From contig CACGAG010000009.1 in NCBI GenBank assembly GCA_902571005.1, forward strand, positions 184-64,183: DNA of 64,000 nt, written 5' to 3'. The notes under the pieces are model-generated. The model did no database searches and was not told where the DNA came from. It saw only the letters and a list, made by a program, of their open reading frames with translations. This document shows positions 46,878 to 54,851 of this stretch, piece after piece. Source of the stretch: an uncultured Pelagibacteraceae bacterium. GTDB taxonomy: Bacteria > Pseudomonadota > Alphaproteobacteria > Pelagibacterales > AG-422-B15. The position numbers and the translations under genes were made by a program. Position 1 is the stretch's first letter. Every line of letters starts with the position of its first letter.

Positions 46878-48893
46878 ATGAAGAAAAGAGGTAGAAAAAA
46901 AAAGCAGGTCAAAGCTGAAGTTGAAAGCTTACAGTCGCAATCAAATGATCAAGATGGTCCTGTCTTAGATCTAGAAAAATCAATAATAAAAAAACTTATT
47001 AAGCAAGGTAAAAAAGACGGTTATCTCACCCACGAATTAATTAAAAAATCTTTTCCTGAAGACAAATTTACCTCTGAACAGATTGAACAATATACAACGA
47101 AGCTGTCTCAAGTTGGATTTGATATTATTGATTCTGACGATTCAGATAATGATGAAGATAAAGATGACGAGTCACCTTCAGTAAAAGCAGGGACAGAAAA
47201 AACAGATGATCCAGTTAAATTATATCTCAGAGAAATGGGAACAGTTGATCTACTATCTCGTGAGGGCGAAATTGCGATAGCTAAACGAATTGAAGCTGGC
47301 CAAGAAGCAATGATTTCTGGACTCTGTGAAAGTCCACTCACGCTGCAGGCGATACTTGATTGGAGAGATGATATAATTGCTGAAAAAATAACATTAAGAG
47401 AAGTTATTGATCTTGAGTCACTGTTTGAGGAGTCCCCAAATAAAAAGGAGCTGAGCAAAAAAATAAAAGAAGCAAAAAAAAGAAAAGAACAAGAAGAAAA
47501 AGAAGAAATTAGAAAAAGAAAAGAGGCTGAAAAAAAATCTTCTACTTATGGTGATGATACGGAGCCAATGATTGAAACTACCTCAGATCAAGTAATTGAG
47601 GAATACGAAGATGCTGATGATGAATTAAATGTTTCAATTGCAATAATGGAAGAAGAGCTCAAGCCTCAGATCCTTGAAACATTTAAAAAATTAAATAAAA
47701 GTTTTAAAAAGCTACAAAAGCTCCAAAAGGATAAAATTGCATTTCAGGAAAAGGGTAAAGAATTTCCTTCAAGATCTGAAAAAAGCTATCAGACTTCAAA
47801 GGCTGTTGTTGTTGAATTGATTAAAGGCTTGCAAATAAATACAAATAAAATTGAAGAATTAATTAACAAGTTATACATAATTAATAAAGGAATTGTATCT
47901 CTGGAAGGTAAATTATTAAGACTTGCAGTCCAATATAAAATTTCAAGAGACGAATTCTTGGATAAATACATCGGAAATGAGAATAATCCTTATTGGTTAA
48001 GAAAGATTACCAGACTTTCTGGATGGGAAAAATTTGTCAAAGAGGAAAAAAATAATATTAAAAATATTATGAACGAGGTAAGAGCTGCTGCAAGTAATAT
48101 AGGTTTAACACTTAATGAGTTTAAAAGAATTGTAAGCAATGTTCAAAAAGGTGAGAGAGAATCAAGTATTGCTAAAAAAGAAATGATTGAAGCCAACCTA
48201 AGATTAGTAATTTCTATCGCAAAAAAATATACGAATAGAGGTCTACAATTTTTAGACTTAATACAAGAGGGTAATATCGGCTTAATGAAAGCGGTAGATA
48301 AATTTGAATATAGACGAGGTTACAAATTTTCAACTTATGCAACTTGGTGGATCAGGCAGGCAATTACTAGATCAATAGCGGACCAAGCTAGAACTATTCG
48401 TATACCAGTACATATGATAGAAACAATCAATAAGATTGTAAGAACACAAAGGTTGCTTTTAAATGAAATAGGAAGGGAGCCAACTCCTGAAGAAATATCT
48501 ACAAAATTAAATATGCCTCTTGAGAAAGTCAGAAAAGTTTTAAAAATTGCAAAAGAGCCTGTAAGCCTTGAAACTCCAGTTGGCGATGAAGAAGACAGTC
48601 ACTTAGGTGACTTTATACAAGATGAGAATGCCGTTATTCCAATCGATGCAGCGATTCACTCTAATTTGAGGCAAACTACTACCAAAATATTATCGTCATT
48701 AACACCTCGTGAGGAAAGAGTATTGAGAATGAGATTTGGTATTGGTATGAATTCTGACCATACTCTTGAAGAAGTTGGACAACAATTTTCAGTTACGAGG
48801 GAGAGAATTAGACAGATTGAAGCAAAAGCGCTGAGAAAACTAAAGCATCCAACTCGAGCAAAGCTTTTAAAAAGCTTTTTAGATAAAAACTAG
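46878..48893 (+). CDS. rpoD: RNA polymerase primary sigma factor RpoD
   Basis: [42 protein letters not shown], region 4 [28 protein letters not shown]. Confidence 0.98.
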   Translation: MKKRGRKKKQVKAEVESLQSQSNDQDGPVLDLEKSIIKKLIKQGKKDGYLTHELIKKSFPEDKFTSEQIEQYTTKLSQVGFDIIDSDDSDNDEDKDDESPSVKAGTEKTDDPVKLYLREMGTVDLLSREGEIAIAKRIEAGQEAMISGLCESPLTLQAILDWRDDIIAEKITLREVIDLESLFEESPNKKELSKKIKEAKKRKEQEEKEEIRKRKEAEKKSSTYGDDTEPMIETTSDQVIEEYEDADDELNVSIAIMEEELKPQILETFKKLNKSFKKLQKLQKDKIAFQEKGKEFPSRSEKSYQTSKAVVVELIKGLQINTNKIEELINKLYIINKGIVSLEGKLLRLAVQYKISRDEFLDKYIGNENNPYWLRKITRLSGWEKFVKEEKNNIKNIMNEVRAAASNIGLTLNEFKRIVSNVQKGERESSIAKKEMIEANLRLVISIAKKYTNRGLQFLDLIQEGNIGLMKAVDKFEYRRGYKFSTYATWWIRQAITRSIADQARTIRIPVHMIETINKIVRTQRLLLNEIGREPTPEEISTKLNMPLEKVRKVLKIAKEPVSLETPVGDEEDSHLGDFIQDENAVIPIDAAIHSNLRQTTTKILSSLTPREERVLRMRFGIGMNSDHTLEEVGQQFSVTRERIRQIEAKALRKLKHPTRAKLLKSFLDKN

Positions 48894-48894
48894 T

Positions 48895-48923
48895 TTGTAA
48901 GGCTACAATTCTCTGTGTATAAA
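48895..48923 (+). promoter_or_regulatory. Candidate sigma70 promoter of the tRNA(CAU)
   Basis: TTGTAA (48895-48900), 17-bp spacer, TATAAA (48918-48923), 10 nt before the tRNA. Confidence 0.5.
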
Positions 48924-48933
48924 AGTTTTATAA

Positions 48934-49010
48934 GGGCCCATAGCTCAGTTGGTTAGAGCCCTCCGCTCATAACGGAGTTGTCCTAGGTTCGAGTCCTAGT
49001 GGGCCCACCA
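48934..49010 (+). tRNA. tRNA with CAU anticodon, most likely tRNA-Ile2 (lysidine type)
   Basis: GGGCCCA/TGGGCCC acceptor + ACCA, D arm GCTCAGTTGGTTAGAGC, anticodon stem CTCCG/CGGAG with loop CTCATAA, T arm CTAGG-TTCGAGT-CCTAG. Ile2 rather than Met is inferred from the C4-G69 acceptor stem and the post-rpoD location. Confidence 0.92.
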
Positions 49011-49068
49011 AGTAATACAATGACTTACGAGTCATAATTCCCATTTCTACCTTTCGAAATCAAGCTGC

Positions 49069-49086
49069 GCAGTCATTGTGCAGTCA
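49069..49086 (+). repeat. Paired direct repeat GCAGTCA-TTGT-GCAGTCA (left arm of cassette 1)
   Basis: Copies start at 49069 and 49080, 11-bp period. Confidence 0.8.
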
Positions 49087-49196
49087 TTTTAGTGAAGTTT
49101 TTATAAAATAGTGCTTATAAGGTCTTTAGTTACTATCAATTAAAATAAAACAATTTGACCTCTTTGATAATATAAATTCTTAAGTATTATTTTAAT

Positions 49197-49982
49197 ATGA
49201 GAATTTTTATAATGCTAATTTTTGCTTTAACTTTAGTCAGTTGCTCTAATCCAGAATTAGATCTTTACTATCAGAAAGAAGAAAGCATCCGGGAAGTTAC
49301 GAGAGTGCTTATAGATACTCCGGAGCACAAAGAATATCCCACAATCTTTTGTAATCAATTTGCTGCCCTTCAACTTGCAAAAGATCATTGTGACAATCTC
49401 GGTTATGATGTATTTAAAACAAATCGTGAGCCGAAAGATAGTAATACTAATTTAACCCATATTGGAAAAATTGAATTGTATTGTGGTATTCCTCACCCCA
49501 ATGCAGACATTGATAAACCTAGTGAATTAGAAAGAAGAAAAAATCTCTGTGAATTAGATATAGCTGGTAAAAAAATGGTCGAAGAATGGAAGAAAAGGGA
49601 TGCAGACGCAAGAATAAATTCTTGTAAAGAGATAGGTTTTGAGGAAAACACTTTAGATATGTCACATTGTTTACTTAAAATTATAGAATTAGAAACAATT
49701 TTAAAATTGAATAACTCTAAGAATACAAAAATTGTAATTCCAAATGAACAAAAGGGTAGAGGAAATCAGTTTAACTGGGCAGCTTTTATAACGGGACTTA
49801 ATCAATTAAATAATTCTCTGTATGGAAGCACTAACACTACATCCTCTACAAGCACAACATGTTATAGCACTGGCGAATATATAGAAGGAATGAACAAAGT
49901 CTGCCAATACAGTTGTGTTGGCAGCGCGCATGCAATCACTGTGGGTGCAGCACAAATATGTCCTATTAGTGTTAAACGTTAG
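49197..49982 (+). CDS. Hypothetical Cys-rich lipoprotein (cassette 1 cargo)
   Basis: Hydrophobic signal with lipobox LVSC (Cys16), 11 Cys in total, Thr/Ser linker, C-terminal 4-Cys module; no family recognised. Confidence 0.75.
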   Translation: MRIFIMLIFALTLVSCSNPELDLYYQKEESIREVTRVLIDTPEHKEYPTIFCNQFAALQLAKDHCDNLGYDVFKTNREPKDSNTNLTHIGKIELYCGIPHPNADIDKPSELERRKNLCELDIAGKKMVEEWKKRDADARINSCKEIGFEENTLDMSHCLLKIIELETILKLNNSKNTKIVIPNEQKGRGNQFNWAAFITGLNQLNNSLYGSTNTTSSTSTTCYSTGEYIEGMNKVCQYSCVGSAHAITVGAAQICPISVKR

Positions 49983-50010
49983 CAATACGCACAAATTTTA
50001 AACAATTATT

Positions 50011-50028
50011 GCAGTCGTTACGCAGTCA
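50011..50028 (+). repeat. Paired direct repeat GCAGTCG-TTAC-GCAGTCA (right arm of cassette 1)
   Basis: Copies start at 50011 and 50022; followed by TTT like the left arm. Confidence 0.8.
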
Positions 50029-50128
50029 TTTGGTTAGAAATTTTCTAAATTGTTTCTAAGTTGTATTATAAAAAATAGGTAATAATAACAATTATAAGCG
50101 TAGCTATTGCTTAATGGATGACTTACCA

Positions 50129-50175
50129 CGCTCATAACGGAGTTGTCCTAGGTTCGAGTCCTAGTGGGCCCACCA
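50129..50175 (+). repeat. tRNA(CAU) 3'-half direct repeat, copy 2 (att site)
   Basis: CGCTCATAACGGAGTTGTCCTAGGTTCGAGTCCTAGTGGGCCCACCA is identical to 48964-49010 (47 bp). Confidence 0.97.
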
Positions 50176-50222
50176 CGTTTTTCAACGTTTATTCATTCAT
50201 ACACTTTCTGAAAATTGTTCCT

Positions 50223-50240
50223 GCAGGCCATCTGCAGTCA
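50223..50240 (+). repeat. Paired direct repeat GCAGGCC-ATCT-GCAGTCA (left arm of cassette 2)
   Basis: Copies start at 50223 and 50234, 11-bp period. Confidence 0.8.
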
Positions 50241-50279
50241 ATGACTTTAATAATTGTGGTTTGTAGGATATAATTTTGT

Positions 50280-50909
50280 ATGAGATTAATTGCTGTAACA
50301 TTTTTTGTAATTATGTTTATGCAACCTCTCGCAAATGCAAGTGCCAGTTTATCAACAGATGGTTTTTACGATTTTCCAACACGAACGTGTACTGCAATTG
50401 GTGGAGATCAAGATGAACTAGACACAATATGTAGAAACATACCTAGAGATTCATTATGTAACGATAAGTGGTGGAAACAAAAAAACTGTTATTTATTAGC
50501 TGCTGAAACAAATGCGTTTAGATATGATGTAAACGGAGATCTTCTAGGCATAGATTTATGGAGAATTGATGATCATATTGGATTCGAGGAGACGCTAATA
50601 ATACTTCCTATATTTTTAATTATCATCAGTATTGTGGGCTTTTTTATAATAAGAAAGTTATTAAGAGTATTTTTCAAAAAATCAAGTGAACTATATCAAT
50701 CTAGCTCATTACCGTTAAAAAATAAATTGGCAAAAAGAAAAGTAGAAACTGAATTACGTGATTTAGATGAAGTAAAGCCTGCTGAACAGAATTATCAGAA
50801 GGCATCATTTAAAGACAATACTGAGGAAATAGAACAAATAAATAAACTTGAAAGAAAAATTAAAATTAAAGAGCTTGAAAAAAAACTTAAGTCAATTGAT
50901 GATGAATAG
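50280..50909 (+). CDS. Hypothetical bitopic membrane protein (cassette 2 cargo)
   Basis: Signal peptide ending ANA, 4-Cys exported domain, TM TLIILPIFLIIISIVGFFII, charged coiled-coil-like cytoplasmic tail. Confidence 0.75.
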   Translation: MRLIAVTFFVIMFMQPLANASASLSTDGFYDFPTRTCTAIGGDQDELDTICRNIPRDSLCNDKWWKQKNCYLLAAETNAFRYDVNGDLLGIDLWRIDDHIGFEETLIILPIFLIIISIVGFFIIRKLLRVFFKKSSELYQSSSLPLKNKLAKRKVETELRDLDEVKPAEQNYQKASFKDNTEEIEQINKLERKIKIKELEKKLKSIDDE

Positions 50910-50996
50910 TTTCAAAAATAGTTAATCGTGATTCAGGATTCAAGTTTGTATGATTCTAAATGGGTTCTAATAAATATTCCCCTGAACATTACTCTC

Positions 50997-51015
50997 GCAG
51001 GCCATCTGCAGGCCA
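50997..51015 (+). repeat. Paired direct repeat GCAGGCCA-TCT-GCAGGCCA (right arm of cassette 2)
   Basis: Copies start at 50997 and 51008; 15 bp (GCAGGCCATCTGCAG) identical to the left arm. Confidence 0.82.
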
Positions 51016-51085
51016 AAGCTCTTAAAACTAAACATTTACAGACTAAAATTTCTTACATACCCTAGCTTAAAGGTTAAGGCTCACA

Positions 51086-51131
51086 GCTCATAACGGAGTT
51101 GTCCTAGGTTCGAGTCCTAGTGGGCCCACCA
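51086..51131 (+). repeat. tRNA(CAU) 3'-half direct repeat, copy 3 (outermost attR)
   Basis: GCTCATAACGGAGTTGTCCTAGGTTCGAGTCCTAGTGGGCCCACCA is identical to 48965-49010 (46 bp). Confidence 0.97.
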
Positions 51132-51164
51132 AAAAAGATAAATTTTATCCCTTATATCTTTTTT
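51131..51164 (+). terminator. Hairpin after the last tRNA fragment, probably the original tRNA terminator
   Basis: AAAAAAGATA (51131-51140) and TATCTTTTTT (51155-51164) form a 10-bp inverted repeat ending in a T run; AT-rich and weak. Confidence 0.45.
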
Positions 51165-51185
51165 AACTTATTCTATAATTTAATT

Positions 51186-52034
51186 ATGTCTTTAAATGTA
51201 GTCGCCTCAGAACAGGCCTGTGGTGCAGAAATAACAGGAATTGACCTAAAAAAAGATTTATCTGAGAGTCAAATTTCTGAAATAAGAAATCATTGGCTTA
51301 AACATCACATACTGAGTTTTCCCAACCAAGCTTTATCTGACGATGATCTAGAACGTTTCACTCTTTATTTTGGATCATTTGGAGATGACCCATTTATTGC
51401 CTCAATACCAGGCAGAGAAAATATTATTGCAGTTAAAAGAACGGCAGATGAAAAGGTACCAATTTTTGCAGACAATTGGCATACTGATTGGAGTTTTCAA
51501 AAAAATCCACCAGCAGGTACGTGTTTATTTGGAAAAATAATTCCATCAGAAGGGGGTGATACGTTGTTTGCAAACCAACATTTAGCATTAGAGTGCATGC
51601 CCTTCGAATTAAGGAAAAAGTTGGAGGGGAAAAAAGCAATTCACTCAGCACTTGTACCTTACTCACCAGGGGGTGGTTACGGTGATAAGGATAGAGAAAT
51701 GGGAAGAAGCATGGATATAAGAGCGTCAGACGATGCTTTTGCTCAACAAATACATCCTATTATTAAAAGTCATCCTGAAACAAATAAAGAGGGTATTTAT
51801 GGTACAGTTGGTTATATCATTGGCATTGATGGTATGGATAACCAGGAAGCTATGAAATTACTTATGGAATTGAGCGCATGGCAGTGTAAAGAAGAATTTG
51901 TTTACCGTCACAAATGGAAAAAGGATATGTTAATTATGTGGGACAATAGAAGTGTTCTACACCGAGCAACTGGCGGTTATGAAGGGCAAGAACGTCTTTT
52001 ACATCGAACAACCATTGCAGCTTATGGCTTATAA
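51186..52034 (+). CDS. TauD/TfdA-family alpha-ketoglutarate-dependent dioxygenase
   Basis: WHTDWS (HxD), GGDTLFAN, WDNRSVLHRA; start reassigned to ATG 51186 because the ORF-track start at 51120 lies inside the tRNA fragment. Confidence 0.92.
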   Translation: MSLNVVASEQACGAEITGIDLKKDLSESQISEIRNHWLKHHILSFPNQALSDDDLERFTLYFGSFGDDPFIASIPGRENIIAVKRTADEKVPIFADNWHTDWSFQKNPPAGTCLFGKIIPSEGGDTLFANQHLALECMPFELRKKLEGKKAIHSALVPYSPGGGYGDKDREMGRSMDIRASDDAFAQQIHPIIKSHPETNKEGIYGTVGYIIGIDGMDNQEAMKLLMELSAWQCKEEFVYRHKWKKDMLIMWDNRSVLHRATGGYEGQERLLHRTTIAAYGL

Positions 52035-52037
52035 GAA

Positions 52038-53006
52038 ATGGAAGTTTTTTTATATATATTTTTAATTTTATTTTTTCTTTTGATTTCTTATGGTTTTTAT
52101 AAATCAGTTTATTTTGATATTTCCAGAGATATCGTATTGGCAAAACATGCAAAAGGAGCCTCTGAGTTTATAAAACTTGATGATGGTTCATTAGTGCATG
52201 TAAGAGATGAAGGTTTAAACAATAATGAAACAATTGTTTTAATTCATGGATTTAATGGTTCACTTTTTAATTTTGAACCAATGGTCTCATATTTAAAAAA
52301 TAATTTTAGAATTTTGTCTCTTGATCTTCCAGCTCATGGTCTCACAGGGGCAATTAAATCAAATTTGTATTCGTATGATGGATTCGAGAAATTAATAACT
52401 GATATTCTGAAAGTAAAAAGTATTGAAAAATTCTATCTAGTTGGCCATTCAATGGGTGGAGTTATATCTTGGAAGTATGCCTTAAATAATCTTGAAAGAA
52501 TAAGTGGATTAATAATTATTGGCTCTCCATTTATTGGAAGCGAGAATGAGTATAAAAAGTTTCAATCAGAAAACGCCCCACCAATTGCCTTTAAGTTACT
52601 TGAAACAAAAATTATGAGATTTATGCTAAAATATTTTACGCCGAGATTTTTAGTTAAAGAGGGAGTATCAAAAACTGTATATAATAAAGATCTAGTTACT
52701 GAGAAATTAGTTGATCAATTTCATGATATTATACTTTTAGAGGGTTCTCGTGAAGCTATGGGCATGGTCATTTTATCAATTGAGGATAATTTCATTGCCG
52801 ATCCAAAATTATTGCAAAATTTAAAAATACCGACCTTAATATTGCACGGTGAGAAAGATAAGTTAGTTGATATTAGTTTCACAAATCATTTTTTAGAGCA
52901 AATTCCTAATGTAAAACTTATTTCTTATCCAAAAGTGGGTCATATGCCACCTATGGAGATACCAGAAAAATTAGCTTATGATATAAAAAGTTTTATAGGC
53001 ACATAA
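52038..53006 (+). CDS. Membrane-anchored alpha/beta hydrolase
   Basis: N-terminal TM, LIHGF, DLPAHG, GHSMGG nucleophile elbow, GHMP. Confidence 0.9.
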   Translation: MEVFLYIFLILFFLLISYGFYKSVYFDISRDIVLAKHAKGASEFIKLDDGSLVHVRDEGLNNNETIVLIHGFNGSLFNFEPMVSYLKNNFRILSLDLPAHGLTGAIKSNLYSYDGFEKLITDILKVKSIEKFYLVGHSMGGVISWKYALNNLERISGLIIIGSPFIGSENEYKKFQSENAPPIAFKLLETKIMRFMLKYFTPRFLVKEGVSKTVYNKDLVTEKLVDQFHDIILLEGSREAMGMVILSIEDNFIADPKLLQNLKIPTLILHGEKDKLVDISFTNHFLEQIPNVKLISYPKVGHMPPMEIPEKLAYDIKSFIGT

Positions 53007-53008
53007 AT

Positions 53009-54322
53009 ATGATAGATAGCAACTTATCCCTTCCTTGTGGCATTGAAATCAAGAATAGATTCCTAAAATCAGCAATGACAGAGGGCATTGCTCAAAGTGA
53101 CGGCATGGCTAATAAAAGGCATAACAAATTATATGAGAGGTGGGCCAAAGGCGGAGTTGGCATAAATGTTACCGGTAATGTTCAAGTTGACCACAGATAT
53201 ATAGAACGAGCTGGTAATGTTGTAATTGAAGGAAAACAATCCAATGAAAGTCTGGCAGCTTTAGCTGACTGGTCCAAGTCTGGAACACAAAATAATGCAC
53301 ATCTCTGGATGCAATTAAGTCATGCTGGCAGGCAGACGCCTTTTAGTATTAACAAAGAGAGCAGGGCACCCTCAGTGCAACCTTTGCCAACACTGGGAGG
53401 AATATTAAAATTTGGAGTACCAAAAGAGCTAAGCCATTCCGAAATTTTAAAAATAATTGATCAGTTTGTTAATGCAGCTGAGGTTGCAAAGCAAACAGGG
53501 TTCACTGGTGTTCAACTTCATTCAGCTCATGGCTATCTTCTCTCAGAATTTTTATCACCTAACGTTAATCAACGAACTGATGAGTGGGGAGGCAGCATTG
53601 AAAACCGATCAAGATTACTAATTACAACAATTGAAGCAATTCGAGATAAAGTTGGAAGTAATTTTCCTATTTCTGTAAAACTTAATTCAAGTGATTTTCA
53701 AAAAGGTGGATTTACCCACGAGGAAAGTATTCAAGTTGCAAGGATATTGAATAATACATCATTAGATTTACTTGAGATTTCAGGTGGAACTTATGAAAAT
53801 TTTACTGCCTTAGAAATTGATTCATTGAACCTTAAAAAAGCAAAAACAATTAAACCTCAGCGCAGCACAAAAGTAAGAGAAGCTTATTTCTTGAAATATG
53901 CTGAAGCAATAAAAGAAGTTATATCAATTCCTTTGGCGGTTACTGGGGGATTTCGTTCTACCGAGGGGATGAATCATGCCCTTCAAAGTGGCGCCTGTGA
54001 TGTAATTGGTTTGGGAAGACCACTTTGCTCTGAGCCCGATATTGTGAATGAATTAATAAGTGGTGAAAAAAAATCAGCAACTCTATATGAAAATATGTTG
54101 GAATTTGGTCCGTGGATTCTTGGTTTAAATAGTCCGATATCTCTTATGCGATCTAATAATAAAGCTGCTCAAGTTTATTGGTGTTATCGACAAATATTGC
54201 AAATCGCTGACGGCAATGAGGTTGATACAAAGTTGGGACTTTTTAAAGCATTTCTTGATCACTTTAGAGACGATTCTGCTAATAGCAAAAAGTATAAAGC
54301 CTTTTGGAAAGATTTAGATTGA
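53009..54322 (+). CDS. NADH:flavin oxidoreductase / Old Yellow Enzyme family
   Basis: NRFLKSAMTE, QLSHAGRQ, QLHSAHGYLLSEFLSP, DEWGGSIENR, LEISGG. Confidence 0.92.
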   Translation: MIDSNLSLPCGIEIKNRFLKSAMTEGIAQSDGMANKRHNKLYERWAKGGVGINVTGNVQVDHRYIERAGNVVIEGKQSNESLAALADWSKSGTQNNAHLWMQLSHAGRQTPFSINKESRAPSVQPLPTLGGILKFGVPKELSHSEILKIIDQFVNAAEVAKQTGFTGVQLHSAHGYLLSEFLSPNVNQRTDEWGGSIENRSRLLITTIEAIRDKVGSNFPISVKLNSSDFQKGGFTHEESIQVARILNNTSLDLLEISGGTYENFTALEIDSLNLKKAKTIKPQRSTKVREAYFLKYAEAIKEVISIPLAVTGGFRSTEGMNHALQSGACDVIGLGRPLCSEPDIVNELISGEKKSATLYENMLEFGPWILGLNSPISLMRSNNKAAQVYWCYRQILQIADGNEVDTKLGLFKAFLDHFRDDSANSKKYKAFWKDLD

Positions 54323-54849
54323 AAAAAATTATATTAATACTGCTACTTTTTCATTCACCTTTTGTATTGGCTGATCAGAAAGACAGTCGGCTAAACAGCT
54401 TATTTGATGAATTATTTTTAATTAATGACAATATGCAAGCCAGTTCTATTTTAGCTGATATTTGGAATATATGGTCTATTGCAGAAAATGTTGAAGCCCA
54501 AAAAATATTTGATGAAGGTAACAAAATGATGGATCGTGGAAGTTTAGAAGAAGCAATAGCTTTATTTACGCAGGTAATTGATCTTAAGCCTGATTTTGCA
54601 GAAGGTTGGAATAAAAGAGCTACTGTTCTCTTTTTAAAAGGTGAGTTAGAGGCTTCAATTTCTGATATCCAAAAAACTCTTGAACTAGAACCAAGACACT
54701 TTGGAGCACTTGATGGACTTGCGGAAATCTATTTAATTCAAGATGATCTTTTGGGAGCTGCAGCAACTTATAAAAGAATTCTAGAAATTATTCCAACAAG
54801 TAAAAAATCTCAAGACCGACTCAAATTAATTAACGAACTTATTGTTTAA
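54304..54849 (+). CDS. Exported TPR protein
   Basis: Signal peptide, AEGWNKRATV, LELEPRHFGALDGL; real start may be TTG 54319. Confidence 0.82.
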   Translation: MERFRLKKIILILLLFHSPFVLADQKDSRLNSLFDELFLINDNMQASSILADIWNIWSIAENVEAQKIFDEGNKMMDRGSLEEAIALFTQVIDLKPDFAEGWNKRATVLFLKGELEASISDIQKTLELEPRHFGALDGLAEIYLIQDDLLGAAATYKRILEIIPTSKKSQDRLKLINELIV

Positions 54850-54851
54850 CA

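Larger units (their letters stand above)
49011..50175. mobile_element. Cassette 1: 1165-bp integrase-less element integrated at tRNA(CAU)
   Basis: Bounded by the tRNA 3' end and an exact 47-bp copy of it; paired 11-bp-period repeats near each end; one ORF. Confidence 0.78.
50176..51131. mobile_element. Cassette 2: 956-bp integrase-less element in tandem with cassette 1
   Basis: Bounded by two tRNA 3'-half copies; GCAGGCCATCTGCAG present near both ends; one ORF. Confidence 0.78.

Noticed and set aside
47430-47640. Charged, poly-A-rich stretch in rpoD as a possible insertion or intein
   Set aside because: It falls in the non-conserved region between 1.2 and 2.1, which is variable in alphaproteobacterial RpoD; no intein motifs are present and the frame is intact.
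49016-49035. ATGACT-TACG-AGTCAT hairpin / IHF-like site after the tRNA
   Set aside because: The stem is only 6 bp and the IHF match is imperfect. It could be an element-supplied terminator or IHF site, but support is too weak to call.
50129-51131. The two downstream tRNA-like sequences as extra tRNA-Met/Ile genes
   Set aside because: They lack the 5' acceptor strand, D arm and most of the 5' anticodon stem, so they are att-type fragments, not genes.
48964-51131. CRISPR array (three identical repeats of about 46 bp)
   Set aside because: The intervening sequences are about 1 kb and gene-containing, the repeat is a tRNA half, and there are no cas genes.
51120-51185. N-terminal extension MGPPKKINF... 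of the TauD ORF in the ORF track
   Set aside because: It starts at a GTG inside the tRNA fragment and runs through the terminator-like hairpin; ATG 51186 gives a normal TauD N-terminus.
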